A DNA stretch of 64,000 bases from an uncultured Actinomycetota bacterium (GCA_963811515.1 CAWERI010000008.1:120471-184470); one strand, 5' to 3'; positions 36,984-49,443 are shown, counted from the stretch's first letter. Notes: generated by a model not told the origin, from the letters alone. A program made the numbers and translations.

Positions 36984-37037
36984 GGTCTCCTCCAGGTTGT
37001 GCTGCTGGTCGCGTCGTGCGACGGTCGTGCGGCGGCC

Positions 37038-37490
37038 TCAGGTGCCCGTCGACCGGGTGGAGCATGTGTCGCAGAGTCCCCAGAACGTCACCTCGGCCTC
37101 GTCGACCACGAAGCCCGGCGCGTGCCGGTCGAGGTCGGCGGGGTCCAGGCAGGGAGCCGACCCGGTCGCGCAGTCGACGTCCACGACGGCGCCGCAGCCG
37201 CGGCAGACCAGGTGGTGGTGGTTGTCGCCGACGCGGAGCTCGTAGCGGGCCGACGAGCCGGCCGGCTGGATGCGCCGGACGATGCCGCGGCCGGTGAGCG
37301 TGTTGAGCACGTCGTAGACGGCCTGCGTCGACACCTGGCCGACGTCGGCACGGACCGCTCCGATGACCGCGTCGGCACCGGAGTGCGGCGCGGCCGCCAG
37401 CGCGGACATCACCGAGACCCGCTGCTTGGTCACCCGCAGGCCGTGCTCGCGCAGGGACTGGGCGGGGTCGGTGGCCGGGTCTGTGTGCAT
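37038..37490 (-). CDS. furA: Fur-family peroxide-responsive regulator (FurA/CatR-like)
   Basis: Intact 150 aa with [10 protein letters not shown] metal site. It lies immediately upstream of the catalase in the same orientation. Confidence 0.85.
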   Translation of the reverse strand: MHTDPATDPAQSLREHGLRVTKQRVSVMSALAAAPHSGADAVIGAVRADVGQVSTQAVYDVLNTLTGRGIVRRIQPAGSSARYELRVGDNHHHLVCRGCGAVVDVDCATGSAPCLDPADLDRHAPGFVVDEAEVTFWGLCDTCSTRSTGT

Positions 37491-37499
37491 CCGTCCGAC

Positions 37500-38488
37500 T
37501 CAACCACCGTTTCTGGAGTGAGTCAAGAAAACTCGGGTCAGGCCGCGCTGGTAGATCTGCCGGATGACCGCCTCGATGTCCGGCTCCTGGATGGACAGGT
37601 CGGCCACGTCGTAGGCCGCCGCCACCGCCGCCACCACCGGCGCCGCGCTCGCCCCCGCCGGGAAGCACAGCCACTGCCGCGGGCCCTCGACCTTGACCAC
37701 CGACCGCCCCCGGTACGTCGATCGCGGGAGCCTCGTCCACGAGGTCGACGACCAGCGTGCGGGTCGAGGCGCCCTGCTCGTGCAGGCCGGCCAGCGTCCC
37801 GTCGTACACCAGCGAGCCGTGGTCGATCACCATCACCCGCCGGCAGAGCTGCTCGATGTCCTGGAGGTCGTGCGTGGTCAGCAGCAGGGTCACCTGCCGC
37901 TCGGCGTTGACCCGGCGCAGGAACTCCCGCAGCCGGCCCTTGCTGACCACGTCGAGGCCGATCGTGGGCTCGTCGAGGTACAGGATCTCCGGGTCGTGCA
38001 GCAGCGCCGCCGCGATGTCGCCGCGCATCCGCTGCCCGAGCGACAGCTGGCGCACGGGGGTGTCGAGCAGGTCGCCGAGGTCGAGCAGCTCGGTGAACTC
38101 CGCGAGGTTGCGGCGGTGCCGGGCCGGGTCGACGCGGTAGATCCGGCGCAGCAGGTCGAAGGAGTCGCGCAGCGGCAGGTCCCACCACAGCGTCGTGCGC
38201 TGGCCGAAGACCACCCCGATCCGGCGGGTCAGCTCGACCCGGTTGCGCGACGGGTCGATGCCCGCGACGCTGAGCCGCCCGGAGGTGGGCACGAGGATGC
38301 CGGTGAGCATCTTGATGGTCGTGGACTTCCCGGCGCCGTTCGGCCCGATGTAGCCGACCATCTCGCCGCGCTCCGACGGTGAACGACAGGTCGCGCACGG
38401 CCTGCACCACCTCCGTCGTACGACGCAGGCGGCCGACCCGGCGGCGCACGGTGAAGTCCCGGCTCAGGTCCTCGACCTCGATCAGCAC
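37500..38488 (-). CDS. ABC-2-type transporter ATP-binding protein, frameshifted
   Basis: [49 protein letters not shown] and [12 protein letters not shown] are present. The C-terminal frame is ambiguous. Confidence 0.7.
37511..37529 (-). promoter_or_regulatory. Putative FurA operator/promoter (TTCTTGACTCACTCCAGAA)
   Basis: About 20 bp upstream of the furA start. It closely resembles the mycobacterial FurA box TCTTGACTAATTCCAGAAA that overlaps the furA promoter. Confidence 0.5.
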
Positions 38489-38489
38489 A

Positions 38490-39317
38490 TCAGCTCCCGG
38501 TGGATCGGTAGTGGCGCACGCCGGTCCGCCACGCGAGGGCGGCCAGGGTGCACAGGACGAGGGCGGCCACCGGCGCGGCGAAGCGCAGCCGGTCCGGCAG
38601 CCCGAACGGGTCGGGGACGTCGAGGATGAACAGCGCGGGGTACCAGTTCACGAACGCCACCGGCACCAGGAAGGTCAGCGCCTTGACCACCTCGGTCGGG
38701 TAGATCGTGAGCGGGTACTGGGTCATCGTGTTGCCGCCGTAGGTGAACGCGTTGGCGACCTCCGAGGCGTCGCCGCTGACGAACTGGAACGTCGCGCCGA
38801 GCACGAACAGGCCCAGGAAGATCGCCGCGCCGCACACCAGCATCGACACCAGCATCGCCAGCCGCGCCGGGCTCCAGTCGACGTCGCACGACGCTCAGCG
38901 ACCAGGCCAGCACCGCGCGCCCTGGGCGATCCGGCCGAGCCGGCGGAACGCGAACTCGTCGGCGCACATCTGCGCGAACACGCCGACCGGCCGGACCATC
39001 ATCGCGTCGAAGGTGCCGAGCCGGACCCGCCGGCCCAGCCGCTCGACGTTGCCGACCGCCAGGTCCGCGAGCCCGAGGCAGACCGCGGTGGCGCCGTACA
39101 GGAAGCCGATCTGGCCCAGCCCGAAGCCGCCGAGCGCGTCGACGTTGGCGAACATGATCACGATCGCGACGAAGTCGACGCCGGTGATCACGCAGGCTGG
39201 AGACGGTGAGCACCACGAACGACGTGCGGTAGCTCCACCCGACGCGGACCCACATCGCCGGCCAGGATCGTGAACGCCCGCAGCGTCCCACGCGATCCGC
39301 GCCACCCGGTCAGCCAC
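38490..39317 (-). CDS. ABC-2 family transporter permease, frameshifted
   Basis: Hydrophobic six-TM protein with FVAIVIMFANVDALGGFGLGQIGFLYGA and NAFTYGGNTMTQYPLTIYP. Confidence 0.55.
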
Positions 39318-40147
39318 CCTGGACCACCACCCGGCGCTCGGCGAGCCGGAGCAGGCCGGCGCACGCCGAGCAGCAGCACCGCACCCCAGCCGGCCTGGAA
39401 CGCGAGGCCGCCGAGCACGCCGGCGCCCTGCCGCTGCCCGAGCCAGATGTCGATCGGGACCTGGACGAACGCCGACCAGGGCAGGGCCAGGACCACGCTG
39501 CGGAACGGCTCGGGGAACAGCACCAGCGGGACCACGAGGCCGGAGAAGAACATCGCGAAGACCGACGAGAGCGTCAGCAGCCCGGTCTGGTCGAGCAGCC
39601 AGAACGCACTGGACGCGACCAGCATCCGGATCGCGAAGCTCACCACGACGCCCAGCGTCACCGAGACCAGGAAGGCGAGGTAGGTCAGCGGCGAGGTGGG
39701 GAAGTGCAGGTCGAACAGGAGCGCGCCGACGACCGTCGGGGCCACCCCCCGGGTGAGCAGGTGGTACGCCGCCCGGCCGAGGTCACCGGCCAGGAACCAG
39801 CCGAGGAAGCTCACCGGCCGGTAGAGGTCGATCGCCACGTCGCCGGTGCGGATCCGCTCCGCCACGTCGTCGGTCGTGCCGCCGCCCCAGATCGCGATCG
39901 TCATGATCATCGCCTGGGCCAGCCAGCAGTAGGTGAGCGCGTCGGTGACGTCGTACCCGCCGGCGCGCGGGTTCTCCTTCCACACCGCGATGTAGGAGAA
40001 GGAGATGATCACGCCGAACACCGAGTTGGTGAAGATGCCGGCCAGGGTCGCCGCGGTGTAGGTCGAGTAGCGCCGGAACGAGCTCAGCGCGACGGCGACG
40101 TACAGCACGGCTTCCCCCTGGTCGTCCGCGCGAGGCGGGTCGCTCAC
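39310..40147 (-). CDS. ABC-2 family transporter permease, one frameshift near the C-terminus
   Basis: Hydrophobic protein with FRRYSTYTAATLAGIFTNSVFGVIISFSY and DLYRPVSFLGWFLAGDLG. It is the third gene of a three-gene transporter operon. Confidence 0.6.
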
Positions 40148-40169
40148 TGTACGCGAGGGATGCGGCGGC

Positions 40170-40697
40170 TCAGTGCTGGTAGGTCCCCTTCAGGAGGGCG
40201 CGCCCGGCGGTCTTGAACGCCAGGTTGAACGACACGACGGCGGGGGAGGCGTCGGCGTCCACGCCGAGGGTCTCCTCGGTCACCGCGTGCACGACGAAGT
40301 AGTAGCGGTGCACCTGGTCGCCGGCGGGCGGGGCGGCCCCCATGAAGGCGTTGCTGCCGCCGTCGTTGCGGCACATGAACGCCCCGCCGGGCAGGTCGGC
40401 GCCCTCGGCACCGGCGCCGGCGTCGAGGCTGGTGACGTCCGCGGGCAGGTCCACGAGCACCCAGTGCCAGAAGCCCGACGGGGTCGGGGCGTCCGGGTCG
40501 AAGCAGGTGACGGTGAAGCTCTTGGTGCCCTCCGGGGCGCCGGACCAGCTCAGCTGCGGCGAGGTGTTGCCGGCATCGGCGACCTGGTCGTCCTTGAGGG
40601 GTCGGCCGTCGGCGACGTCGTCGCTGGTGACCGTGAACGACGGCACGGACGGGAGCAGCTCGTAGGGGTCGGGGCTGACGGGACGGTCGAGGCTCAT
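40170..40697 (-). CDS. YbhB/YbcL-family PEBP (Raf-kinase-inhibitor-like) protein
   Basis: Intact 175 aa with [21 protein letters not shown] and [18 protein letters not shown]. Confidence 0.8.
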   Translation of the reverse strand: MSLDRPVSPDPYELLPSVPSFTVTSDDVADGRPLKDDQVADAGNTSPQLSWSGAPEGTKSFTVTCFDPDAPTPSGFWHWVLVDLPADVTSLDAGAGAEGADLPGGAFMCRNDGGSNAFMGAAPPAGDQVHRYYFVVHAVTEETLGVDADASPAVVSFNLAFKTAGRALLKGTYQH

Positions 40698-40805
40698 CGG
40701 TTCTCCTTCACGCGGGCACGGTCGGGACATCGCCGAACATAGCGCGGGGTCCCGCCCAGCGGGCCCGTCCGGGGAGTGGCGGCCGGCACGGGGAGAATGG
40801 CCGGC

Positions 40806-41886
40806 ATGACCGACCCCCGCCTGTCCGAGGTGCTGTCCGCGATCGAGCCGCTCGACGAGGAGGCGATGACCGATGCCCGCGACCGCCAGGCGCAGCTGAC
40901 CAAGCCGGCCGGGTCGCTCGGCGCCCTCGAGGAGGCGTCGGTCCGGCTCTGCGGGATCCAGCGCACCTGTCCGCCGGCGGCGCTGGCCCGCCCGGTGGTG
41001 GCGGTCTTCGCCGGCGACCACGGCGTGCACGCGCAGGGCGTGACGCCGTGGCCGCAGGAGGTCACCGCCTCCATGATCGCGAACTTCCGCGCCGGGGGTG
41101 CCGCGGTCAACGTGCTGGCGCGGCAGGTCGGCGCGGACGTGTTCGTCGTGGACATGGGGGTCGCCGCCGACCTGGCACCCGGCCCGGACCTGTTCGACCA
41201 CAAGGTCCGCCGGGGTACGTCGGACCTGGCGACCGGCCCGGCGATGAGCCGCGACGAGGCCGTGCAGGCGCTGCTGGCCGGCGCCGAGGTCGCCCACCGG
41301 CTGGTCGCGGAGGGCTACGACTGCCTGCTCACCGGCGACATGGGCATCGCGAACACCACGCCGTCCGCCGCGCTGGTCGCGGCCTTCACCGGGTCCGACC
41401 CGGCCCTGGTGACCGGTCGGGGCACCGGCGTCGACGACCCGACCCTGGGCCGCAAGGTGGAGGTGGTCTCCTCGGCGCTGCTCGAGCGACCGGTCACCGG
41501 CGACCCGGTCGAGACGCTCGCCTCGCTCGGCGGCTTCGAGCACGCCGGGATCGCGGGCTTCGTGCTCGGCGCCGCCGCACTGCGGGTCCCGGTGATCCTC
41601 GACGGCGTGATCGCCGGGGCCGCCGCGCTGGTCGCGCAGGCGCTGGCGCCCGGCGGCCGTCGGGCACTGCTTCGCCGGCCACCGCAGCGTCGAGCCCGGC
41701 CACGCGGTCGCCCTGGAGCACCTCGGCCTGCGCCCGCTGGTGGACCTCGACCTGCGGCTGGGCGAGGGCACCGGGGCGGTGCTGTCCTTCCCGATCGTGG
41801 AGTCCGCCGGCGCGCTGCTGCGCGAGATGGCGACGTTCGACTCCGCCGGGGTGGCCCGCAAGGACGCGGGGGAGGAGCCCGCGTGA
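40806..41886 (+). CDS. cobT: Nicotinate-nucleotide--dimethylbenzimidazole phosphoribosyltransferase CobT, one frameshift
   Basis: [24 protein letters not shown] and [11 protein letters not shown] are present. Frame break near 41670. Confidence 0.8.
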
Positions 41887-43130
41887 ACGACGACTTCCCG
41901 CCGTACCCCTCGGGGCTGCGGCTGCGGGGCCGCCGGGTGCTGGTGGTCGGCGGCGGCCACGTCGCCCAGCGCCGGATCCCGCGGCTGATCGCCTCCGGCG
42001 CCGACGTCGTCGTGGTCTCCCCGGTCACCACGCCCGCGGTCGAGGGCCTGGCCGGGGCCGGGGAGATCACCTGGCACGAGCGCGGCTTCACCGACGGCGA
42101 CACCGCCGAGGCGTGGTACGTCATCGCCGCCACCGACGACGAGGCCGTCAACGAGCGGGTCAGCGCGGAGTGCGAGGCCCAGCGGATCTTCTGCGTGCGC
42201 GCCGACGACGCCACCCGGGCCACCGCCTGGACCCCGGCCGTCGGCCGGCACGCCGGGGTCACCGTGGCCGTGCTCGGCGAACCGGGAGCCCCGCAAGTCC
42301 GCCGCGATCCGCGACGGCATCGTGGCCGCGCTGCGCGACGGCAAGATCGCCGCGCCGCACGACGACGACCGCACCCCCGGGGTGGTGCTCGTCGGCGGCG
42401 GGCCCGGCGACCCCGAGCTGGTGACGGTCGCGGCCCGCCGCGCGCTGAGCGAGGCCGACGTGGTGGTCACCGACCGGCTCGCGCCCCGCGAGCTGCTCGA
42501 CGAGCTGTCGCCCGACGTCGAGCTCATCGACGTCACCAAGCTGCCCCGCGGCCGGTCGGCGGCCCAGGAGGAGATCAACCGGGTGATCGTCGACCGGGCG
42601 CTCGCCGGCAAGCGCGTGGTGCGCTTCAAGGGCGGTGACTCGTTCGTCTACGGCCGGGGCTACGAGGAGGCGCTCGCCTGCCAGGAGGCCGGCGTCCCGT
42701 GGACCGTGATCCCCGGGCTCACCAGCGCCATCTCGGTGCCCGCGGTGGCCGGCATCCCGGTCACGCACCGCGGCGTCGCCCACGAGTTCACGGTGATCTC
42801 CGGGACACCTGCCGCCCGACCACGCCGACTCGCTGGTCGAGTGGGACGCCGTCGCCCGGTTGCGCGGCACGGTCGTGCTGCTGATGGCGGTGCAGAACCT
42901 CCCGGTGATCGCGGCCCGGCTGGTCGCCGGCGGCCGCGAGCGCCCGCACCCCGCTGGCGATCGTCTCCGAGGGCACGATGCCCGGCGAGCGTACTCTGCT
43001 GAGCACGCTGGGATCGGTCACCGAGGACATGGCCCGCGAGCAGGTCCGCCCGCCCGCGATCGTGGTGATCGGCGACGTCGTCGCGGTGGCCAACCCGGAG
43101 CGATACCCAGCCGAACGGGAGACGACGTGA
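41883..43130 (+). CDS. cysG: Siroheme synthase-like: precorrin-2 dehydrogenase N domain plus uroporphyrinogen-III C-methyltransferase, frameshifted
   Basis: [34 protein letters not shown]-binding region, then [29 protein letters not shown] and [12 protein letters not shown] motifs. Confidence 0.7.
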
Positions 43131-43163
43131 CGGACCGAAGGCCGACCCCACCTCCCCGCCTGG

Positions 43164-43626
43164 TTGACCGGCGTCGCGCCCCTGCCGGGCATCCTGCTGC
43201 TGTACTTCGCGATCCCGGTGCGGCCCGCGGGGGCGAACGTGCACCTCGCGGTCTCCGTCCTGCTGACCCTCGATCGGTGTCTCGATGGTCGCGGCGGTGA
43301 TCATCCGCGAGGCCAAGCGGCTGTCGTCGGGCGACGACCAGCACATCACCGTCGTGCACCTGGTGGCGCTGGTCGAGGTGGCGATGGTCACCTTCGCGCT
43401 CGCCTACTACACGATGGCGATCCACAGCCCGAAGCAGATGGACGGGATCCACACCCGGCTGGACGCGCTGTACTTCTCGGCGACCACCACGACCACGGTC
43501 GGGTACGGCGACATCCACTCGGTCGGGCAGCTGGCCCGCGCCCTGACCACCGTCCAGGTCAGCTTCGACGTGGTGTTCGTCGCCGCGCTCGCGGGCCTCA
43601 TCGGGCGGACCCTGCGCGGACGGTAG
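43164..43626 (+). CDS. Two-TM potassium channel family protein, one frameshift
   Basis: Selectivity filter TTVGYGD with flanking TM helices. Confidence 0.6.
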
Positions 43627-43635
43627 GTTGCGCGG

Positions 43636-44440
43636 GTGGCCGTGCTGATCGACATCGACGACGCCGAGGACCCGCGGCTCTCCGACTACCGCGACCTGCG
43701 CGACGTGCAGCTCCGCAAGAACCTCGAGGCCGAGCACGGGCTGTTCCTCGCCGAGGGCGAGAAGGTGGTGCGCCGCGCGGTCGAGACCGGCTTCCCCGCC
43801 CGGTCGTTCCTGATGGCACCGCGCTGGCTCGACGGGCTGTCCGACGTGCTCGCCGCCAGCGACGCGCCCTGCTACGTGATGTCCGAGGCGCTCGCCGAGC
43901 AGGTCACCGGCTTCCACGTGCACCGCGGCGCGCTCGCCTCGCTGGAGCGCCGGCCGCTGCCGAGCGTGGAGCAGGTGCTGGCCGGGCGCCCGCACCGTGG
44001 TGGTGCTCGAGGACATCGTCGACCACACCAACGTCGGCGCGATCTTCCGCTCGGCGGCGGCCCTGGGCATCGACGCGGTGCTGCTCGCGCCGCGCTGCGC
44101 CGACCCGCTCTACCGCCGCTCGGTCAAGGTCGCGATGGGCGCGGTGTTCAGCGTGCCCTACGCCCGCCTCGAGGACTGGTACGGCGCCCTGCCGCAGGTC
44201 TCGGCCGCGGGCTTCACCACCGTCGCGCTGACGCTGGCCGACGACGCCACCGAGATCGAGCAGGCGGTCGCCGGGCTGGACCGGGTCGCGCTGGTGCTCG
44301 GCAGCGAGGGGCACGGGCTGTCCCCGCGCTGGGAGCAGTCGGCCGACCGCCGCGCGGTGATCCCGATGCGCGAGGGCATCGACTCCCTCAACGTCGCCGC
44401 GGCCACCGCCGTGGCGTGCTACCTGACGATCCGGCGCTGA
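43636..44440 (+). CDS. TrmH/SpoU-family RNA 2'-O-methyltransferase, one frameshift
   Basis: VLEDIVDHTNVGAIFRSAAALG, LVLGSEGHGLS and IPMREGIDSLNVAAATAVACY are present. Confidence 0.75.
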
Positions 44441-46164
44441 CCGACCGGCTGGTCGAGCTCGTCGGGACCACTCACCGCCAGTACCCGTAGCGCCTCTCGC
44501 ACCCCGCGCGACTGGGTGTTCGTGCCGGTCTCGTTCTCCCGCGGGGTGCGCTGGAACCGGTCCGGCAGGGGAGTGCGGCAGGCCGCGCCGGAGCAGTCCT
44601 TGTAGGCCCGCCAGACCGCGTCCAGCCGGTCGCGGACCTGGGCGTACGCCGGGTCGGAGATCCGGTTCTGCAGCTCGTTCGGGTCGGCGTCGAGGTCGTA
44701 GAGCTCGCCGTCCCCGTCGGAGTAGCGGACGTACTTCCAGCGTCCGGTGCGCACCCCGATCGTGTTGCGCGGGTCGTGGAACCCGGCGCGCCTTGAGGAA
44801 CGGGTCCTGCGGGAACACGCCGCCGGACTCCAGGCCCTCGGTGACGACCGGGACCGACCAGCCGTGGTCCCGGCGAGCGAGGACGCCACCGAGACGCCGT
44901 CCTCGGGGTAGGGCATCAGCGAGGTCGCGCCGGCCAGATCGGCGATCGTGGCGGTGACGCCGGGGGTGGTCACCGGGTCGAAGCGCTCGCCGTGCGGGAT
45001 GCCGGGGCCGGCCATCACGAAGGGCACCCGCAGCGACGGCTCGTGCGGCTTGATCTTGCCCTGGCGCTGGCGGTGCTCGCCGAGGAAGTAGCCGTTGTCG
45101 GAGGTGAACATGAACACCGTGTTGGCGTACTCCCCGGTGGCCTTCAGCCGTCGCGACGAGGCGGGCGACCTCCTGGTCGAGGACGAACAGCGCCTCCGCC
45201 CGCTGCCGGGTCAGCGCGCGGACGCCGTACCACTCGGCGGTGCTGAGCTCGGGCGCCTTGTCCATCGGCCGCGGCTTGTCGGAGATGTCGGCCTCGCTCG
45301 GGCCGCCGCCGACGGGACGGCCGGACGCGCGGGTGATCTGCCGGTCGAACTTGCCGCGCACCCAAGCGGCCGGGCCGGGGTGGCCAGCCGGCTGAACCCG
45401 CCGTCGAGCCGGGGCACGTGGGCCGGGTCGCCCTTCTCGCGCGGGCCGCCGAAGTGGGGTGCGACCGCCGAGAGGTAGAGGAAGAACGGCCGCGGGGAGC
45501 GGTGGTACTTCGTCACCAGGCCGCGGGCGAAGCGGCCCAGGACGTTGGTCTGGTACTGGCCCTGGTGGGTGTCGTCGATGCGGCCGTTCACGTTGAAGAG
45601 CGTGTGCAGGTAGTTGTACGTGCCGCCCGAGGGGTAGCCGCTGCCGGCGGGGCGCTCCACGGCGCCGTACCAGTCGGTCCAGCCGGCCGGGACGTAGCGG
45701 AACGACGGGCCGCCGGTGACCAGGGAGGGCTGGGCGCCGTACCCGTTGAGGTACTTCCCGACGAAGCCGGTCTGGTAGCCGGCCTGGTGCAGCGCGGTCG
45801 CGATCGTGGCGTGGTCGTCGAAGGACTGGAAGCCGTAGGGGTCCTCGTGGGAGAAGACGTGGTGGTTGTGCGCGTAGCGGCCGGTCAGGAACGACGCGCG
45901 GGCCGGGCAGCACAGCGGGTAGGGGCTGAACGAGTTGCGGAAGCTCAGCCCGCGGCCGACGAGCAGCCGGCGCACCGACGGCATGAAGCGCAGGTCGTCG
46001 GTGCGCATGTCGTCGGCCATCACCATCACCACGTTGGGCTTGGTGGAGGCCGCGGCGGCCGAGACGACCGGCGGGCCGCTCGGCGCGGGGCGTCGGGACG
46101 GGTGCCGAGCAGGGTGAGCAGCAGCGCGAGGGCGAGGGTCGCCGAGAAGGAGGGTCTTGCGCAT
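44419..46164 (-). CDS. Sulfatase (arylsulfatase family), secreted, about four frameshifts
   Basis: Signal peptide MRKTLLLG..., NVVMVMADDMRTDD, formylglycine motif CCPARASFLTGRY, and C-terminal MFMFTSDNGYFLGEH. Confidence 0.7.
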
Positions 46165-46763
46165 CAGTCGGCGCCGGCCGGCCAGCCCGCCGGGAAGTCC
46201 TCGGCGACGCTGTCGGCCTCCTTGAACAGCCGCTTGCGGGAGCGCTTGTTCAGCCGGTCGCCGAAGACCGTGCCGTGGCAGTGGTCGGACTCGTGCTGGA
46301 GGCAGCGGGCGAGGAGGCCGTCGCCGGCGAACCGGACCGGCCGGCCGTCGAGGTCCTGCCCCTCGACCTGGGCGTACGACGGGCGCGCGCACGCCACGAA
46401 CGCGCCGGGCAGCGAGAGGCAGCCCTCCTCGCCGTCGTCGAGGCGCCGGTCGCGTCCCTCGGGCAGGAACAGCTCGGGGTTGCAGACCACGCCGACGTGC
46501 CGGACGCCCTGGTCGTCGGGGCAGTCGAAGACGAACACCGAGCGGTCGACGCCGATCTGGCAGGCCGCGAGGCCGACGCCGTCGGCGGCGTACATCGTCG
46601 CGACCATGTCCGCGACCAGGGCGCGCAGCTCCTCGTCGAAGGCGGTGATCGGCTCCTGGGTGCGGTGCATCACCGGCTCGCCCCACCGGGTGATCGGGCG
46701 GACGGTGCCGCCCTCGGGCAGGACCGAAGAGGGGGTCGACGGGGCGTCGGACTGCTCGGACAT
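46164..46763 (-). CDS. def: Peptide deformylase
   Basis: Intact 199 aa with GVGLAACQIG, EGCLSLPG and QHESDHCHG motifs. Confidence 0.85.
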   Translation of the reverse strand: MSEQSDAPSTPSSVLPEGGTVRPITRWGEPVMHRTQEPITAFDEELRALVADMVATMYAADGVGLAACQIGVDRSVFVFDCPDDQGVRHVGVVCNPELFLPEGRDRRLDDGEEGCLSLPGAFVACARPSYAQVEGQDLDGRPVRFAGDGLLARCLQHESDHCHGTVFGDRLNKRSRKRLFKEADSVAEDFPAGWPAGAD

Positions 46764-46851
46764 GGCACAGAACCTAGCCGACGGACCCGCGTGACCCGCG
46801 CCACGCCGGGGTCCGTGGCGATTGGTGTAACTCGCAGTTACAGTAAGGCGC

Positions 46852-48215
46852 ATGCCCGCCCCCCAGACGCCCCGCGGCCGCACCGGCCGCCACGGGCTGA
46901 CCTCCGGTGAGAAGCAGGACCCGATCGGCCTCGCCGTCGCGGTCCTGAACCGGCTGGCCCAGACCTCCGCGCTCGACCGGTTCGGGCTGCGCAGGCCCAC
47001 CGAGCGGGTGGTGTTCGAGGCGACCCGCACCGGCTTCCGGACGCTCGGCGCCGCCAGCCGCCAGTTCGCCCGGGCCGGCACGCAAGCGCGGCGCCCCCAC
47101 CCGGGTGCCCGCCGCCGAGCGGCGCCGGCCTCTTCGACCTGACCCCGACCGAGGACGAGCAGATGCTCGTCGACGTGGTCCGGGAGTACGCCGCCGAGGT
47201 GGTCCGGCCCGCCGCCGCGGAGGCCGACGACCTCGCCGCGGCACCCGAGGCGGTCCTCAAGGCCGGCCTGGACATCGGGCTGCCGATCCTCGGGGTGCCC
47301 GAGGACCTCGGCGGGATCTCCTCCGAGCGGTCCGCGATGGCCGGCACGCTGGTCGCCGAGGCGCTCGCCCACGGCGACATGGGCCTGGCCGTCGCGACGC
47401 TGGCGCCCGGTGCGGTGAGCACCGCGCTGTCGCTGTGGGGCAGCGAGGAGCAGCAGGCGACGTACCTCCCGGCGTTCACCGGCGACGCGGTCCCGGCCGC
47501 CGCGCTCGCGCTGACCGAGCCGCGCCCGCTGTTCGACCCGCTCGCCCCGCGGACCACCGCGGTCGCGGACGGCGACGGGTACGTCCTGGACGGGGTGAAG
47601 TCGATGGTCCCGCGCGGCGCGGACGCCGAGCTGTTCGTCGTCGGCGCCGAGCTCGACGGCGAGCCGCGGCTGTTCCTGGTCGAGTCCGACACCCCGGGCC
47701 TGGTGGTCGAGGCCGAGCCGTCGATGGGGCTGCGCGCCGCCTCGCTGTCGCGGCTGGTGCTGACCGGCGTGCGGGTCGGCGACCTCGCGCCGCTGGGCAG
47801 CACCGAGGACTACCTCGAGTGCGTGCGCCTCTCGCGGCTGGCCTGGTGCGCCCTCTCGCTGGGCACCGCGCAGGCGGTCCTGGACTACGTGATCCCCTAC
47901 GTCAACGAGCGCGAGGCGTTCGGTGAGCCGATCAGCCACCGGCAGAGCGTCGCGTTCATGGTGGCCGACATCGGCATCGAGCTGAACGGCATGCGGCTGG
48001 TGACCTACCGCGCCGCGTCCCGCGCCGCGCAGGGCAAGAGCTTCGCCCGCGAGGTCGCCCTGGCCCGCCGGCTGTGCGCCGAGAAGGGCATGCAGATCGG
48101 CAACGACGGCGTGCAGCTGCTCGGCGGTCACGGCTTCGTCAAGGAGCACCCGGTCGAGCGGTGGTACCGCGACCTCCGAGCGATCGGCCTCATGGAAGGA
48201 GGGGTGCTGGTCTGA
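46852..48215 (+). CDS. Acyl-CoA dehydrogenase family protein with an N-terminal extension (extension in a separate frame)
   Basis: Intact 350-aa ACAD core from MLVDVVREYAAEVV with a degenerate catalytic-base region. The upstream ORF from 46852 appears to be contiguous with it in another frame. Confidence 0.65.
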
Positions 48216-49443
48216 TGATCAACCTCGAGACCCCCAGGAAGTTCCGCCCCCTGATCGGCAACGCCCACCAGGTCGCGATGAACATGCTGCGGCCCAACTC
48301 CCGCACCTACGACACCCTCGAGCACGAGTACCCCCAGGAGCTCGACATGCTCGCCGCGATGGTCGACGGGCTCTCCGCGTCCGGTGCGGCCAGCGGCGCC
48401 GGCGCGTCCGGCGTACGCCGCGGCGAGGACGCCCCGGCCACGGCGGCGAAGGACGCCGCCACCCGGAACGGCTCCAACCTCGCGTCCGTGCTCTCGATCA
48501 TGGAGATGTGCTGGGGCGACGTCGGCCTGCTGCTGTCGATGCCGCGGCAGGGGCTCGGCAACTCGGCGATCGCCTCGGTCGCCAACGACGAGCAGGCCGA
48601 GCGGTTCAAGGGCGTCTGGGCCGGCGATGGCGATCACCGAGCCCGGCGTCGGGTCGGACTCGGCGAACATCCGGACCACCGCGACCCTCGACGGCGACGA
48701 CTACGTCATCAACGGCGAGAAGATCTACGTCACCGCGGGGGAGCGCTGCGACCACGTCGTGGTGTGGGCGACGCTCGACCCCGCCCTGGGCCGGGCCGCG
48801 ATCAAGTCCTTCGTGGTGCCCAAGGGCACGCCCGGCATGACCCTGGAGCGGCTCGAGCACAAGCTCGGGATCCGCTCGTCGGACACCGCGGCGTTCCGGT
48901 TCGTGGACTGCCGGGTGCCCCGGGAGAACCTGCTCGGCGACCCCGACGTGGACACCAAGCAGGGCTTCGCCGGCGCGATGGCCACCTTCGACAACACCCG
49001 TCCGCTGGTCGCCGCGATGGCGGTCGGCTGCGCCCGGGCCTCCCTGGAGCTGACCCGGGAGCTGCTGGAGGAGGCCGGCGTCGTCATCGACTACGACCGC
49101 CCCGCGCTGAGCCAGTCGGCGGCGGCCGCGACGTTCCTGCAGCTCGAGTCCGACTGCGAGGCGGCCTACCTGCTCACCCTCAGGGCCGCCTGGATGGCCG
49201 ACAACGGGCAGCCCAACTCGCTGGAGGCCTCGATGGCCAAGGCGAAGGCCGGCCGCATCGGCAGCGACATCACGCTGCGCTGCGTCGAGCTCGCCGGCAG
49301 CGTCGGCTACAGCGAGCACGACCTGCTCGAGAAGTGGGCCCGGGACTCCAAGATCCTGGACATCTTCGAGGGCACCCAGCAGATCCAGCAGCTGATCGTG
49401 GCCCGCCGGCTGCTGGGGAAGTCCAGCACCCAGCTGAAGTAGC
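48215..49443 (+). CDS. Acyl-CoA dehydrogenase, one frameshift
   Basis: AMAITEPGVGSD, YVINGEKIYVT and the C-terminal catalytic region ILDIFEGTQQIQQLIVAR. Its start overlaps the upstream ACAD stop (TGATG). Confidence 0.75.

Noticed and set aside
33964-38361. 1465-aa ORF on the minus strand
   Set aside because: It runs through parts of the lipase, catalase and ABC ATPase genes and the antisense of fur. The recognisable domains belong to separate genes. The rest is Arg/Pro/Gly-rich nonsense typical of wrong-frame translation of high-GC DNA.
40170-42629. 819-aa minus-strand ORF and the many 100-400-aa Arg/Ala/Pro-rich ORFs antisense to annotated genes (for example 30288-31592, 15775-16233, 10518-10976)
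   Set aside because: Only the C-terminal 175 aa (the PEBP protein) of the 819-aa ORF are real. The remainder and the other listed ORFs are antisense or shadow ORFs with low-complexity, compositionally biased translations.
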